Source of the DNA: Spirulina sp.
GTDB lineage: Bacteria; Cyanobacteriota; Cyanobacteriia; Phormidesmidales; Phormidesmidaceae
Direction of reading: 5' to 3'
Assembly (NCBI GenBank): GCA_044070495.1
Contig: JBIPSI010000006.1
Coordinates: 115,363 to 179,362, forward strand
Length of the DNA stretch: 64,000 nucleotides
Part shown: positions 41,483 through 50,273 of the stretch, piece after piece
Position numbering within the stretch: position 1 is the stretch's first letter
Layout of the letters: every line of letters starts with the position of its first letter
Notes under the pieces: generated by a model
The model's input: only the letters and a program-made list of their open reading frames with translations
Databases searched by the model: none
What the model was told of the DNA's origin: nothing
Made by a program: the position numbers and the translations under genes

Positions 41483-42403
41483 ATGTCCGACGCCCTGAGC
41501 CTGACGGCCTACGATTTGTGGAAACAATACGACGACAGACCTGTCGTGCAGGGGGTGAGCTTTGCCCTGCATCCAGGGGAAATTGTCGGTTTGCTGGGGC
41601 CAAACGGGGCCGGAAAAACCACCACCGTAGGAATGCTCTTTGGCACGGTAATGCCCACCCGGGGCTTTGTGCAGTTGGGGCCTTGGCAAATTCCGGCCCA
41701 GGCCGCCCAGGCCCGTACTCAGATGGGCATCGTTACGCAGGACGATAATCTCGATCCCGACTTTACAGTCTTCAAGAACCTCACTCACTTTGCCCACCAC
41801 TACCGCATTACTGGAACGGCGGCTAAACAGCGGGCGGGGGAATTGCTGGATTTAGTGAGTCTGACCGACCGCGCCACAGCCCAGGTGGACGAGCTTTCTG
41901 GCGGCATGAAGCGGCGATTGGTGCTGGCCCGTGCCCTGCTGAACCATCCCAAAGTTATCTTTTTGGATGAACCCACCACCGGACTAGATCCCGATGCCCG
42001 TCAAGATTTTTGGCGGCTGGTGCTGCACCTCAAGGCCCAAGGCTGCGGCATTTTGCTGACGACGCATTATATGGACGAAGCCCAACGCCTGTGTGATCGC
42101 CTGCTGCTGCTGCAACAGGGCCAGGTGATCGACGAAGGCACCCCCGATGACCTGATTTTGCGGGTCATGGGTCGAGAAATTGCCGAGGTAGAAGGCATCC
42201 CGGAGGAGGTGATCAAAACCCTAGGTGAGAAAGCCGGGGTTTGGTCACGATCCTTTGGCAGTGGGTATCTCATTGCCCTGCCCGACGACGATCCCGAAAC
42301 CCTGTGGAGCCAGATTGAAGCCCACCATCCCCGCCGCCTTCTGCGCCGACAGGCTAACTTAGAAGATGTGTTTCTTCGCCTCACCGGGAGTCTTCTGGAA
42401 TGA
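41483..42403 (+). CDS. ABC-2 exporter ATP-binding subunit (NodI-like)
   Basis: GPNGAGKT, LSGGMKRR, FLDEPTTGLD. Confidence 0.92.
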   Translation: MSDALSLTAYDLWKQYDDRPVVQGVSFALHPGEIVGLLGPNGAGKTTTVGMLFGTVMPTRGFVQLGPWQIPAQAAQARTQMGIVTQDDNLDPDFTVFKNLTHFAHHYRITGTAAKQRAGELLDLVSLTDRATAQVDELSGGMKRRLVLARALLNHPKVIFLDEPTTGLDPDARQDFWRLVLHLKAQGCGILLTTHYMDEAQRLCDRLLLLQQGQVIDEGTPDDLILRVMGREIAEVEGIPEEVIKTLGEKAGVWSRSFGSGYLIALPDDDPETLWSQIEAHHPRRLLRRQANLEDVFLRLTGSLLE

Positions 42404-43197
42404 AAGCCATCGCCGGACTAAAGCCCGTTTCCGTCAGCCCCTGGGGCGTCTATTCCGTGTGGTGGCGGCACTTCCAGGTCTATCGCAGCACTTGGTTAGT
42501 GAACTGTTTACCACCCATTTCCGAGCCGATTGTCTACCTGCTGGCCTTTGGCTATGGCCTGACGCCGCTGATTGGAGAAGTGCAGCACCTCGGCCAACCC
42601 GTTCCCTATCCCCAATTCCTGGCACCGGGGATGATCGCCATTGGCGTGCTGTTCCAGTCCTTCTTTGAGGGAGCCTACAGCAGCTTCATTCGCCTCAACT
42701 TCCAAAAAACCTGGCAGGCCCTTTTGACCGCACCCCTCAGCTATACGGACGTGTTTTTGGGCGATTGGTTCTGGGCCGCCACCAAGGGCAGCATCGCGGG
42801 ATTCCTCACCGGACTAGTCGCCGTGTTGGCCAACCTCTACGACCTCTCCAGTCTGCTGCTGTCCATCCCGCTGATTGTGCTGGGCAGCCTGTTGTTTGGA
42901 GCCTTTGGCCTGCTGGTGGCGGGGGTCGTCAACAAGGTCGATCAGGTCAACGTGCCCATTTTCCTGGTGGTTATCCCCATGTTCACCCTCTGCGGCACCT
43001 ACTTTCCACGGGATACCCTGCCGCCTCTGCTGGCTAAGTTTGCCGGATTACTGCCCCTGGCTTCCCTGGTAGATTTGCTGCGTTGGCCCCTAGGATTGCC
43101 GCCCTGGTGGCCCCTTTCCCTGCTGTGGCTGCTGGCCTGGATGGGCATAATGGCTCGCCTCGCTGCCCTGAGAATTTATCCCCGGTTGTTTAGTTAA
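42400..43197 (+). CDS. ABC-2 exporter permease (NodJ-like)
   Basis: EP..YL...GYGL, FLAPG, six TM; ATGA overlap. Confidence 0.9.
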   Translation: MKAIAGLKPVSVSPWGVYSVWWRHFQVYRSTWLVNCLPPISEPIVYLLAFGYGLTPLIGEVQHLGQPVPYPQFLAPGMIAIGVLFQSFFEGAYSSFIRLNFQKTWQALLTAPLSYTDVFLGDWFWAATKGSIAGFLTGLVAVLANLYDLSSLLLSIPLIVLGSLLFGAFGLLVAGVVNKVDQVNVPIFLVVIPMFTLCGTYFPRDTLPPLLAKFAGLLPLASLVDLLRWPLGLPPWWPLSLLWLLAWMGIMARLAALRIYPRLFS

Positions 43198-43204
43198 ACC
43201 ATAA

Positions 43205-43390
43205 AACGCCAGATCCGTAGGGTGCATTCGCGGCTCCAAATCCCCTCTGGCAATACCTCGATAACCGTCATGAGCCGCAATGCACCACAAATTCGGCTTA
43301 TTTGCTCCCGGTATAAGCGGGCGAAGAGCCCTCGCCCCTACGGTTTGTCGGGCTGGCAACCAGGGTTTTCCAAATTGGATTTGGAATCAT
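43205..43390. repeat. family C composite REP/MITE-like element at the left edge of the AT-rich island
   Basis: gtagggtgcattcgcggc...gccgcaatgcacc + gggcgaagagccctcgcccctac + ggatttgga; related copy at 59130-59282. Confidence 0.7.
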
Positions 43391-43930
43391 TATCCAAATG
43401 CTGTAAGGGCATAATTGCCGCGCCCAGTTCAGGATCTTTTATCAGTCAACTAGCCCTCCAGCACTATGGTTCGTTTTGTTCACCCAGTGAGTGTCCTCAA
43501 ATTGCGATCTTATTCGGCAAAATGATTATGAATTCCCGAATATCCAAGTGTCGTCCCGCAGATCTGAAATCCATGGCATATTGGCACTTATGGGGCGGGG
43601 CTAACCCCTAACATATAGCTAGCTGTGCGACTCAAAGTCGCTTGAGAAATTGGAAAGGGCTCTTGAACCCTTTTTCTACTAGTTTTCAATCAATCGGATA
43701 TCTGCCTTAGAACGTTAACTCCGCCATGGGAGGGTAGTATCAGCAGCCAATAAGGTAACTCCGAAAAAATCTTCTTAGTAATATCGTCATTGTCAGGTAA
43801 ATGGCAAATGACCAAATCTGAACTCTCGACGGGAATGGGATCTCTCAAAATGTGAGCGCTGTTGTCCGAAAGGTAATCGGAATCTACAACGGACGGCTGC
43901 TTATCCATTTATTGAGCTGGCTAATAGAGT

Positions 43931-44593
43931 ATGTCTATTTGTGACGTTTCAGAGGTGGCGCAATGTGACTGCTGCGTCCTTAACTTGATAAAATCTGCGT
44001 TGACGCAGGAAGTTAGTAATGAGCTAGGATACAGCCAAATTCAGCACTTCTTAACCTTATTCAGAGATGTACTGAATCAAAAGGCTATCATCAGCCTAAC
44101 GCTTGATAGGCATATAAAATTTATAACTCCCCTAGCTGAACAGCTTCTAGATCAATATTTTGGCTGCCGGGAGTCCAAGATCTTACCGGTCTGTTTAGAT
44201 CACTGGTTGAAGCAGCAAATTTTGCAATGTTCCTCTATCAAGGATACCCTACACTCTAGTATTCCCTTACACCTTGAACAGTCTGAACGACAGCTATTTA
44301 TCTATTGGATTTTTGATTCTAAAAAGGGAAGGATTTCCTTGCTATTGGAGGAAAGAGAATCCTTAGCCTTCTCCATTACGATTCTAAAATCCCTTGGCCT
44401 TACCCAACGGGAGGCTGAGGTACTGTTCTGGGTTGCTAGGGATAAAAGCAATGTGGAAATAGCAAAAGTGTTGAACTGCTGTGAAGGAACGGTGCGAAAA
44501 CATCTAGAACATCTTTATAAAAAACTGGATGTGCAAACCCGCATGGGGGCTGTAATGACTGCCCTGGAGAAGCTGGGGCTACTTCAAATATAG
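43931..44593 (+). CDS. LuxR-type HTH transcriptional regulator
   Basis: LGLTQREAEVLFWVARDKSNVEIAKVL..EGTVRKHLEHLYKKL.V.TR. Confidence 0.9.
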   Translation: MSICDVSEVAQCDCCVLNLIKSALTQEVSNELGYSQIQHFLTLFRDVLNQKAIISLTLDRHIKFITPLAEQLLDQYFGCRESKILPVCLDHWLKQQILQCSSIKDTLHSSIPLHLEQSERQLFIYWIFDSKKGRISLLLEERESLAFSITILKSLGLTQREAEVLFWVARDKSNVEIAKVLNCCEGTVRKHLEHLYKKLDVQTRMGAVMTALEKLGLLQI

Positions 44594-44752
44594 TTTGTTG
44601 CAAGATCGTCATAATCCTATACGCGGATGATCGTATTGCCCTCAAAGCTGATTTGCGAAAGCATGTAGTTGCAAGATTTTATAAATTTCGGCTCAGTCAT
44701 TAACTTTCACAATGTTTGCACAAAAGAAATCTATGCAATAGGAGGGCTTGAT

Positions 44753-46066
44753 ATGCCATCTGAAGTGAGTTCCATTTCTACGTTAGGTTTATCAGCGATC
44801 CCCATTGAGTTGATGAAGCCTATGGCGGTTGATTCAACAGGGGCACCTGCACCTGAAAATAGCGAAGTCTGTAAAATTGCGAACGACATTCTCCAAGCAG
44901 CTCAGTATTCGTTTGCAGCCGTTGCAGCTAATCCTGACCTCGCGGTTCGACCTGGCTCACTGGAAGCAGACTTTAAGGAAGCGATCGGACGGGTCAGTGC
45001 GGAACGCAAAGCCAACTTTCAAGTAAAGGCTGTTAGCATGACGAGTGCCCCTCAATCCGTCAGGGAAATCATGTTCGGGCGCTATGGAACAATGAGTCGG
45101 GATGAGTTCATCGGAGTCGGAGGATTTGAACGCGCTCATGAAAATCTCTCCAAACTTTCACTCGATACAAAGTTACTGGGGGTCAGAATACCACAACTTA
45201 CTGTGCCTTCTGGAGGCGCGACTACAACTTCAGAAGGCTTGTTAATTCCTGCTGCAAATCTGCCTAAGGGCTATGAGGATTTTGAAGAGGTTATTGAGGG
45301 TGCATCTGAGGAAGCAACTAAATCCGGTGTCTACAATACTCAAAAGCTAGATGAGATTTGGGGACCCGTTTATACGCGAGATCCTTACATCAATATGGGT
45401 AGCCATTCGAGCGATTTTGAGGAGCAGGCAGTTACCGATAAATTGGGTTTTTACATCACACGGATCAAATGCGTGGATGAGACTAACCCAGAGTGGTGGG
45501 GTAGTGACGAAATCGCTTTAGCAGGGATTTCTACAGACGAGGACGGCGATACAAAGAAAATTAATGAAGTCTACATTGGAGGAGGATTTGATGATGGTGA
45601 TCAGCGTACCTACTCGCCATCATGGTTCTACAACTGGTTCAGTATGCAAGAAGGAAAGTATTGGCCCAAGAAGTACATTGTTGCTCTTCTCCTAGCCGAA
45701 AAAGATAATGGCGGGCTATCAGATATCTTAAATACTGTTTGGAACAATGTTAGAGACAAGGTGAAAGCTGCGATCTCAAATGCTATTGGCTCAGGTCTAT
45801 CATCATACCTTGGACCAGCTTTAGCTAAAGCAATTGGTGAAGCAGTTGCTTGGATTGTTGATAAGCTAGTGGGATGGATCATCAATGCTTTCAAAGATGA
45901 TGTTTTCCCCCCATTTATTGCAAGCTGTACTGTGCCTAGCTTCAGTGCTCGCTGGAATTATTCCAATGGAACCTGGGGAAGTACTACTTCACCTATCACA
46001 ACGGCTCACTTCTATGGTCATGGTGGGCATTACTTAATCAACTACTACTGGAGGTTATACGCCTGA
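44753..46066 (+). CDS. hypothetical cytoplasmic protein, beta-rich C-terminal domain with inserted amphipathic/hydrophobic hairpin
   Basis: AGGAGG RBS; RIKCVDET.PEW.GSDEI, L.EKD.GG, Ala/Gly-rich helices, DDVF; no signal peptide. Confidence 0.8.
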   Translation: MPSEVSSISTLGLSAIPIELMKPMAVDSTGAPAPENSEVCKIANDILQAAQYSFAAVAANPDLAVRPGSLEADFKEAIGRVSAERKANFQVKAVSMTSAPQSVREIMFGRYGTMSRDEFIGVGGFERAHENLSKLSLDTKLLGVRIPQLTVPSGGATTTSEGLLIPAANLPKGYEDFEEVIEGASEEATKSGVYNTQKLDEIWGPVYTRDPYINMGSHSSDFEEQAVTDKLGFYITRIKCVDETNPEWWGSDEIALAGISTDEDGDTKKINEVYIGGGFDDGDQRTYSPSWFYNWFSMQEGKYWPKKYIVALLLAEKDNGGLSDILNTVWNNVRDKVKAAISNAIGSGLSSYLGPALAKAIGEAVAWIVDKLVGWIINAFKDDVFPPFIASCTVPSFSARWNYSNGTWGSTTSPITTAHFYGHGGHYLINYYWRLYA

Positions 46067-46107
46067 CCTCAACTCTAAGTACATTTGACTCAAAAGAGGA
46101 TCATTCA

Positions 46108-46151
46108 CTCAGTAGTCCGTAGTTGTTTGTGAGCTTCTGCGGATTACTGAG
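46108..46151 (+). terminator. 15-bp intergenic hairpin (attenuator/mRNA stabiliser)
   Basis: ctcagtagtccgtag pairs with ctgcggattactgag (2 G-U pairs). Confidence 0.55.
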
Positions 46152-46173
46152 CTCCTAGAGATAGAGAATCTAC

Positions 46174-46992
46174 ATGGAACGCACCCATCCCCTAATTAAA
46201 GAACGAGACGTGCGGGTATTCATTCGGAATTTTGCGACTGACATGGATTCTCCCCGCCTGCTTCGGTGGGATTCTGCACTAGAACCTGAAACGGGAGCAA
46301 GTGTTCGAGTCGCATTGCTAGATTCAGGTCTCAATTGCTCGCTACCCATGTTTAAAGGTGCATATCTGAAAACTCGCGATTTTACAGGGAGTGGGGGAGT
46401 CTTTGATCCAACGGGACATGGTACTAAGAGTGCCGCACTTCTCGTCAGCCAAGGAGGAAATTGGCTACGTGGCTTGGTTCCAGCCTGCACCTTACTAATG
46501 GGAAAAGTTTTAGGAATAAGAGATCCTAAGACGAGCGCAGTTGCATTATCTAAAGGCATTCGTTGGGCTGTAGATCAACAGGCACAGGTGCTGATTCTGC
46601 CCTTGGGAAGAACAGTTGGATCAAAACTGGTTGCCAAAGCGGTTCAGGACGCAATCTCAGCTCAATGTCAGATCTTTGCTGCCGCCGGCAATCACGGTCC
46701 CGAAGTCTGTTTATTCCCTGCTTATCTAAGTGGAGTAAAGGCAGTTTCTGCTGTTGATTTAACAGGAATTCCCCTTTCCTGGTGTTGCCAAACTGCACGG
46801 GTGGATTGCTATGCTCCTGGACATGACTTACTGGCAATTGGGCGGAGTGGTAGTACCCTTAACGGCTCATCAGCGGCAACGACTTTAGCAGCGGGAGTAG
46901 CTGCTCTCCAAATTGCCAGAGAACAGCGCTTGAAGTTCAAGGTGAACATTAGAGAATCCCCATGTTTAAGTACAAGCCTATTGCCACATTGA
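46174..46992 (+). CDS. minimal S8 (subtilisin-like) peptidase domain
   Basis: VALLDSG, GHGT, AAAGN, APG, NGSSAAT; no signal or propeptide. Confidence 0.82.
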   Translation: MERTHPLIKERDVRVFIRNFATDMDSPRLLRWDSALEPETGASVRVALLDSGLNCSLPMFKGAYLKTRDFTGSGGVFDPTGHGTKSAALLVSQGGNWLRGLVPACTLLMGKVLGIRDPKTSAVALSKGIRWAVDQQAQVLILPLGRTVGSKLVAKAVQDAISAQCQIFAAAGNHGPEVCLFPAYLSGVKAVSAVDLTGIPLSWCCQTARVDCYAPGHDLLAIGRSGSTLNGSSAATTLAAGVAALQIAREQRLKFKVNIRESPCLSTSLLPH

Positions 46993-47861
46993 CCCTTAAT
47001 GAGGCTCGAGTCCTGTTAGAACCAGATCAAGCAGAGACAATATTAGGGATTTCTCTAAGTCAGCTACCAGATCAGGGCGAGACACGGTTGATTGATGCCC
47101 TGACGAATCGAAATCGTCCTCTTGAGTTTTGGGAACACTACCTAACTGGCCTATACGTCGAGCCACTCGACATTAATAAAGCCAGGTGGACAGCCTTGGC
47201 ACGAATTCCAGGCTTGTCATCCAACCAGATAAGTTTGCTCATTAACAATCGTCCTTTCTTCAGCTTGGAGGATCTGAACCAAGATGGTTCTGCCCTAGCG
47301 ACTGTAGCACAGTTGGCAACCCCATATCTTATGCACCCAGGGTATGTATTCATTGACAAACCACGCAACAGAATTGTTCAATTTTCCCCACAACCCACGG
47401 GCATTTTAGTGAGATATCGATTAGGAAGTAGTGTGGCAGCACTAGAGAGGATACTCGAATCAGCAGGGCTACAACAAATAGCACAGGACTTCCCAGAGCG
47501 CCTCCTAGCTTGTCGATGGCAGATCTCGCCCCAGGCACAATGGGAAAAATTACACCTGCTGAAACAAAGCAATGAAGTGGAAACCCTTGCACCATTTTTG
47601 GAAGATACGGATGGGAGAATTCGATTACTTTATCCAGATCGATTGGATCTGACGCTTTATCAGTCGCAAGAAGCGATTTGGCAGAAATTTCTAATGACTT
47701 ATGAATTAACAGTGATTGAACGTTATGCGCCCGATTACCAATCCGTTCGGATTAAAGCACATCCCCATGATCTTGGCGCACTATATCGAACACTGCAACT
47801 ATTAGCCATTGAGCCTGAGATTCGCTTTGTAGAGCCCACCTATTGGGCAGTGGATATATAA
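46962..47861 (+). CDS. HhH-containing protein paralogous to the N-terminal region of the downstream S8 protease
   Basis: LDINKA...LARIPGL...NRPFFSLEDL; four colinear shared blocks with 47910 protein. Confidence 0.7.
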   Translation: MFKYKPIATLTLNEARVLLEPDQAETILGISLSQLPDQGETRLIDALTNRNRPLEFWEHYLTGLYVEPLDINKARWTALARIPGLSSNQISLLINNRPFFSLEDLNQDGSALATVAQLATPYLMHPGYVFIDKPRNRIVQFSPQPTGILVRYRLGSSVAALERILESAGLQQIAQDFPERLLACRWQISPQAQWEKLHLLKQSNEVETLAPFLEDTDGRIRLLYPDRLDLTLYQSQEAIWQKFLMTYELTVIERYAPDYQSVRIKAHPHDLGALYRTLQLLAIEPEIRFVEPTYWAVDI

Positions 47862-47909
47862 CATTGAAGCATAGCAAAGCAACCCAAATATCGTACAGGA
47901 AAAATAGGC

Positions 47910-50243
47910 ATGAATACTATTCAATTTTCATCACAAATTTTGCTGAAGGATCGACTTTGCCTAGTTTTGGGAGTATCTGAGTCAGAAGCGCAGGCAATTC
48001 TTAATCGCCGCTCTAAGCTCACACCAAAGGACATTAGTCGGTGTGCAAAACTGTCTCAGGCAACGATAAAATATATTTTACAAAATCCCTCAGAAGTTCA
48101 AAAAATTCGACTCAACCCTAACCATATTACCCCCGAACAAGTTGCTCGTATTCCCCGCCTTAAACCAGAGCAAGTTGATATTGTTCTCAACGGTCGTCCT
48201 TATTATGCAATCGAAGAGCTAGAATTTGCTACGGCACTACCTCGTCGTCAGCTAGATCAGCTATTTGAAATTCCTCTGTTCCGCTTTTGGGATAAAGCAA
48301 CAAATACCGATGTCATGATGGCACCTGTTCCAGGCCATTATATCATTCCCCCAAAAGGAGATCTGGAAGAGAGCGATCCCGCTGACATAAGTGGATACGT
48401 AGAAACTATACCAGCAACAACCGCATTCCAATTTCGGGTAGTGGCACCCAGCAACTTTGAAGCAGAACAGGAACCCCACAGAATGAAGGCTGCCCTTGAG
48501 GGCAATGTACATCCTGTTTTGCGTGATTCTGATGGATTTGAACGGTATCTTATCCCTGGTTCACTCGATCTCTGGTTCCACAAAGAGGTCACTCAAGAGC
48601 AGTGCCGATCCATTATTAAAGGATTTGAACTAGAGGTTAAGAATAGCGTTCCATCGGTTGGATATTACCGGGTTAAACTCAATCAACCTCCTGCAGATCA
48701 TGACATCACAAGAGCTGTTTTTACCTTGATTGATCAAGTGCAAAAGCGACCCGAAATTGCTTTTGCGGAAGCTGATCAAGTCGGCATAAACGACTTTGAG
48801 CCCGACATCTCAATTCAGCCTATCGATGAAGAGTTTGAAGCTAGTGATCGCTACTGGAATTTTGATGCTATTGCACTAGCAGGAGCCCATGTCATAACTA
48901 AAGGATCTGCTAATGTGACCATTTTTATTATTGATAGTGGCACCCACATGAGCCACGAAAATTTACAGCCAGTATTTCGTTCAGATTGGGAGGATCTGGA
49001 CTTAAACTTTGATCTGGGTATTCCCACCGAGGAAAAATCTCCCCATGAGCAGACGATTTCCCACGGCACAAAAGTCTCTGGTGTAATTGGTGCACAGGGG
49101 CATATGGCAACTGTCAATAGCATGGCTCCAAATTGTCGAATTTTGCCGATCAAGATTTCTGGGCAATCCGTAACACCTGCCTACGGATTGAGAGCAGCTG
49201 CAATACGCCAAGCCCTCACCTATATCCGACCAGGTGAACGTGCCGTTATCAATTTAAGCTGGCAGAGCAATGGCGAACATATTGGGATTCGAGAGGCTCT
49301 GATAGAAGCTCAAAGCAAAGATGTAGCGATCACCACGTCAGCGGGAAATTATGCTCCTGGTACTATTCAGCGACCCGATGATATCCACTATCCTTCTGCT
49401 CATACCTACCGCTATCCCCAGCTAACCAATCTCTGCGTAGTAGCTGCTTTAGGGGTAGGAGATCGCAAAGCTAGCTATTCTTACTATGGACATCAAAGCA
49501 TTACGGTTTCTGCCCCCGGTGGTGAGAAGGGTGGTGTTGGCACCGGGATTTACACTACCTCAACACCTGACACCTATACTTATACCTGTGGTACCTCTTT
49601 TGCCGCCCCCCATGTTGCAGGTTTAATCGGATTACTTTTCTCTGTAAAACCAAACCTTACATCGGAAGAGGCGATCCGAATTATTAGAGATACAGCTGAT
49701 CCAATCAATGATATAAATCCAACGTATAGCGGGATGTTGGGAACAGGTCGTATCAATGCTCAGGCGGCTTTAGAGAGCGTTACTTCTCCACAGATTCAAG
49801 CATATGCTATCACGGCAACATCTGGGCTGAATGGCCGTATCACTCCAGATGGAACTACTATGGTGCTTCAGGGAACGGAGCAAACGTTTACGATTTTTCC
49901 AGACGCTGGGTATCAAATCCAAGAATTACTGTTGGATGGACGTAGAATTGAGCCAATGGCAACCTACACGTTCAACAATGTCACGACTGCTCACACGCTT
50001 ACTGTTCAATTTGCTCCAATTGATCAAGGCGATCAGAACCACTACGATGCACAGGGGCGATTAAATATCAATCTGGCAACACTTATTGAAATAATTCAAC
50101 TTCCGTACATTGATGAATGGTTGGGTGAGCGAATTATTCAATATCGCACTACTCACGGCCCTTTCAACAGCATTTGGAGCTTGTCATTATTAGGAATGAG
50201 TGGTTGGGCGATCAATCAAATTAAATTATTGATTACAGTCTAG
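47910..50243 (+). CDS. multidomain S8 peptidase: HhH - prodomain - S8 - InlB B-repeat-like - ComEA-type HhH
   Basis: IIDSG, SHGT, SAGN, GTSFAAPHVAG, GTGRINA; G.ITP.G...FTI.PDAGY.I..L.LDG; LNINLAT..LPYI..LGERIIQYR..GPF. Confidence 0.88.
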   Translation: MNTIQFSSQILLKDRLCLVLGVSESEAQAILNRRSKLTPKDISRCAKLSQATIKYILQNPSEVQKIRLNPNHITPEQVARIPRLKPEQVDIVLNGRPYYAIEELEFATALPRRQLDQLFEIPLFRFWDKATNTDVMMAPVPGHYIIPPKGDLEESDPADISGYVETIPATTAFQFRVVAPSNFEAEQEPHRMKAALEGNVHPVLRDSDGFERYLIPGSLDLWFHKEVTQEQCRSIIKGFELEVKNSVPSVGYYRVKLNQPPADHDITRAVFTLIDQVQKRPEIAFAEADQVGINDFEPDISIQPIDEEFEASDRYWNFDAIALAGAHVITKGSANVTIFIIDSGTHMSHENLQPVFRSDWEDLDLNFDLGIPTEEKSPHEQTISHGTKVSGVIGAQGHMATVNSMAPNCRILPIKISGQSVTPAYGLRAAAIRQALTYIRPGERAVINLSWQSNGEHIGIREALIEAQSKDVAITTSAGNYAPGTIQRPDDIHYPSAHTYRYPQLTNLCVVAALGVGDRKASYSYYGHQSITVSAPGGEKGGVGTGIYTTSTPDTYTYTCGTSFAAPHVAGLIGLLFSVKPNLTSEEAIRIIRDTADPINDINPTYSGMLGTGRINAQAALESVTSPQIQAYAITATSGLNGRITPDGTTMVLQGTEQTFTIFPDAGYQIQELLLDGRRIEPMATYTFNNVTTAHTLTVQFAPIDQGDQNHYDAQGRLNINLATLIEIIQLPYIDEWLGERIIQYRTTHGPFNSIWSLSLLGMSGWAINQIKLLITV

Positions 50244-50273
50244 AAGATCAATTAACCTACTCTTGATCAGCCA

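Noticed and set aside
43222..43908. ORFs 43222-43611 and 43690-43908
   Set aside because: The first overlaps a repeat element; neither has motifs or a convincing RBS.
44753..50243. Cyanobactin (PatA/PatG) or encapsulin cluster
   Set aside because: No precursor peptide, YcaO cyclodehydratase, PatG C-terminal domain or capsid-like gene is recognisable.
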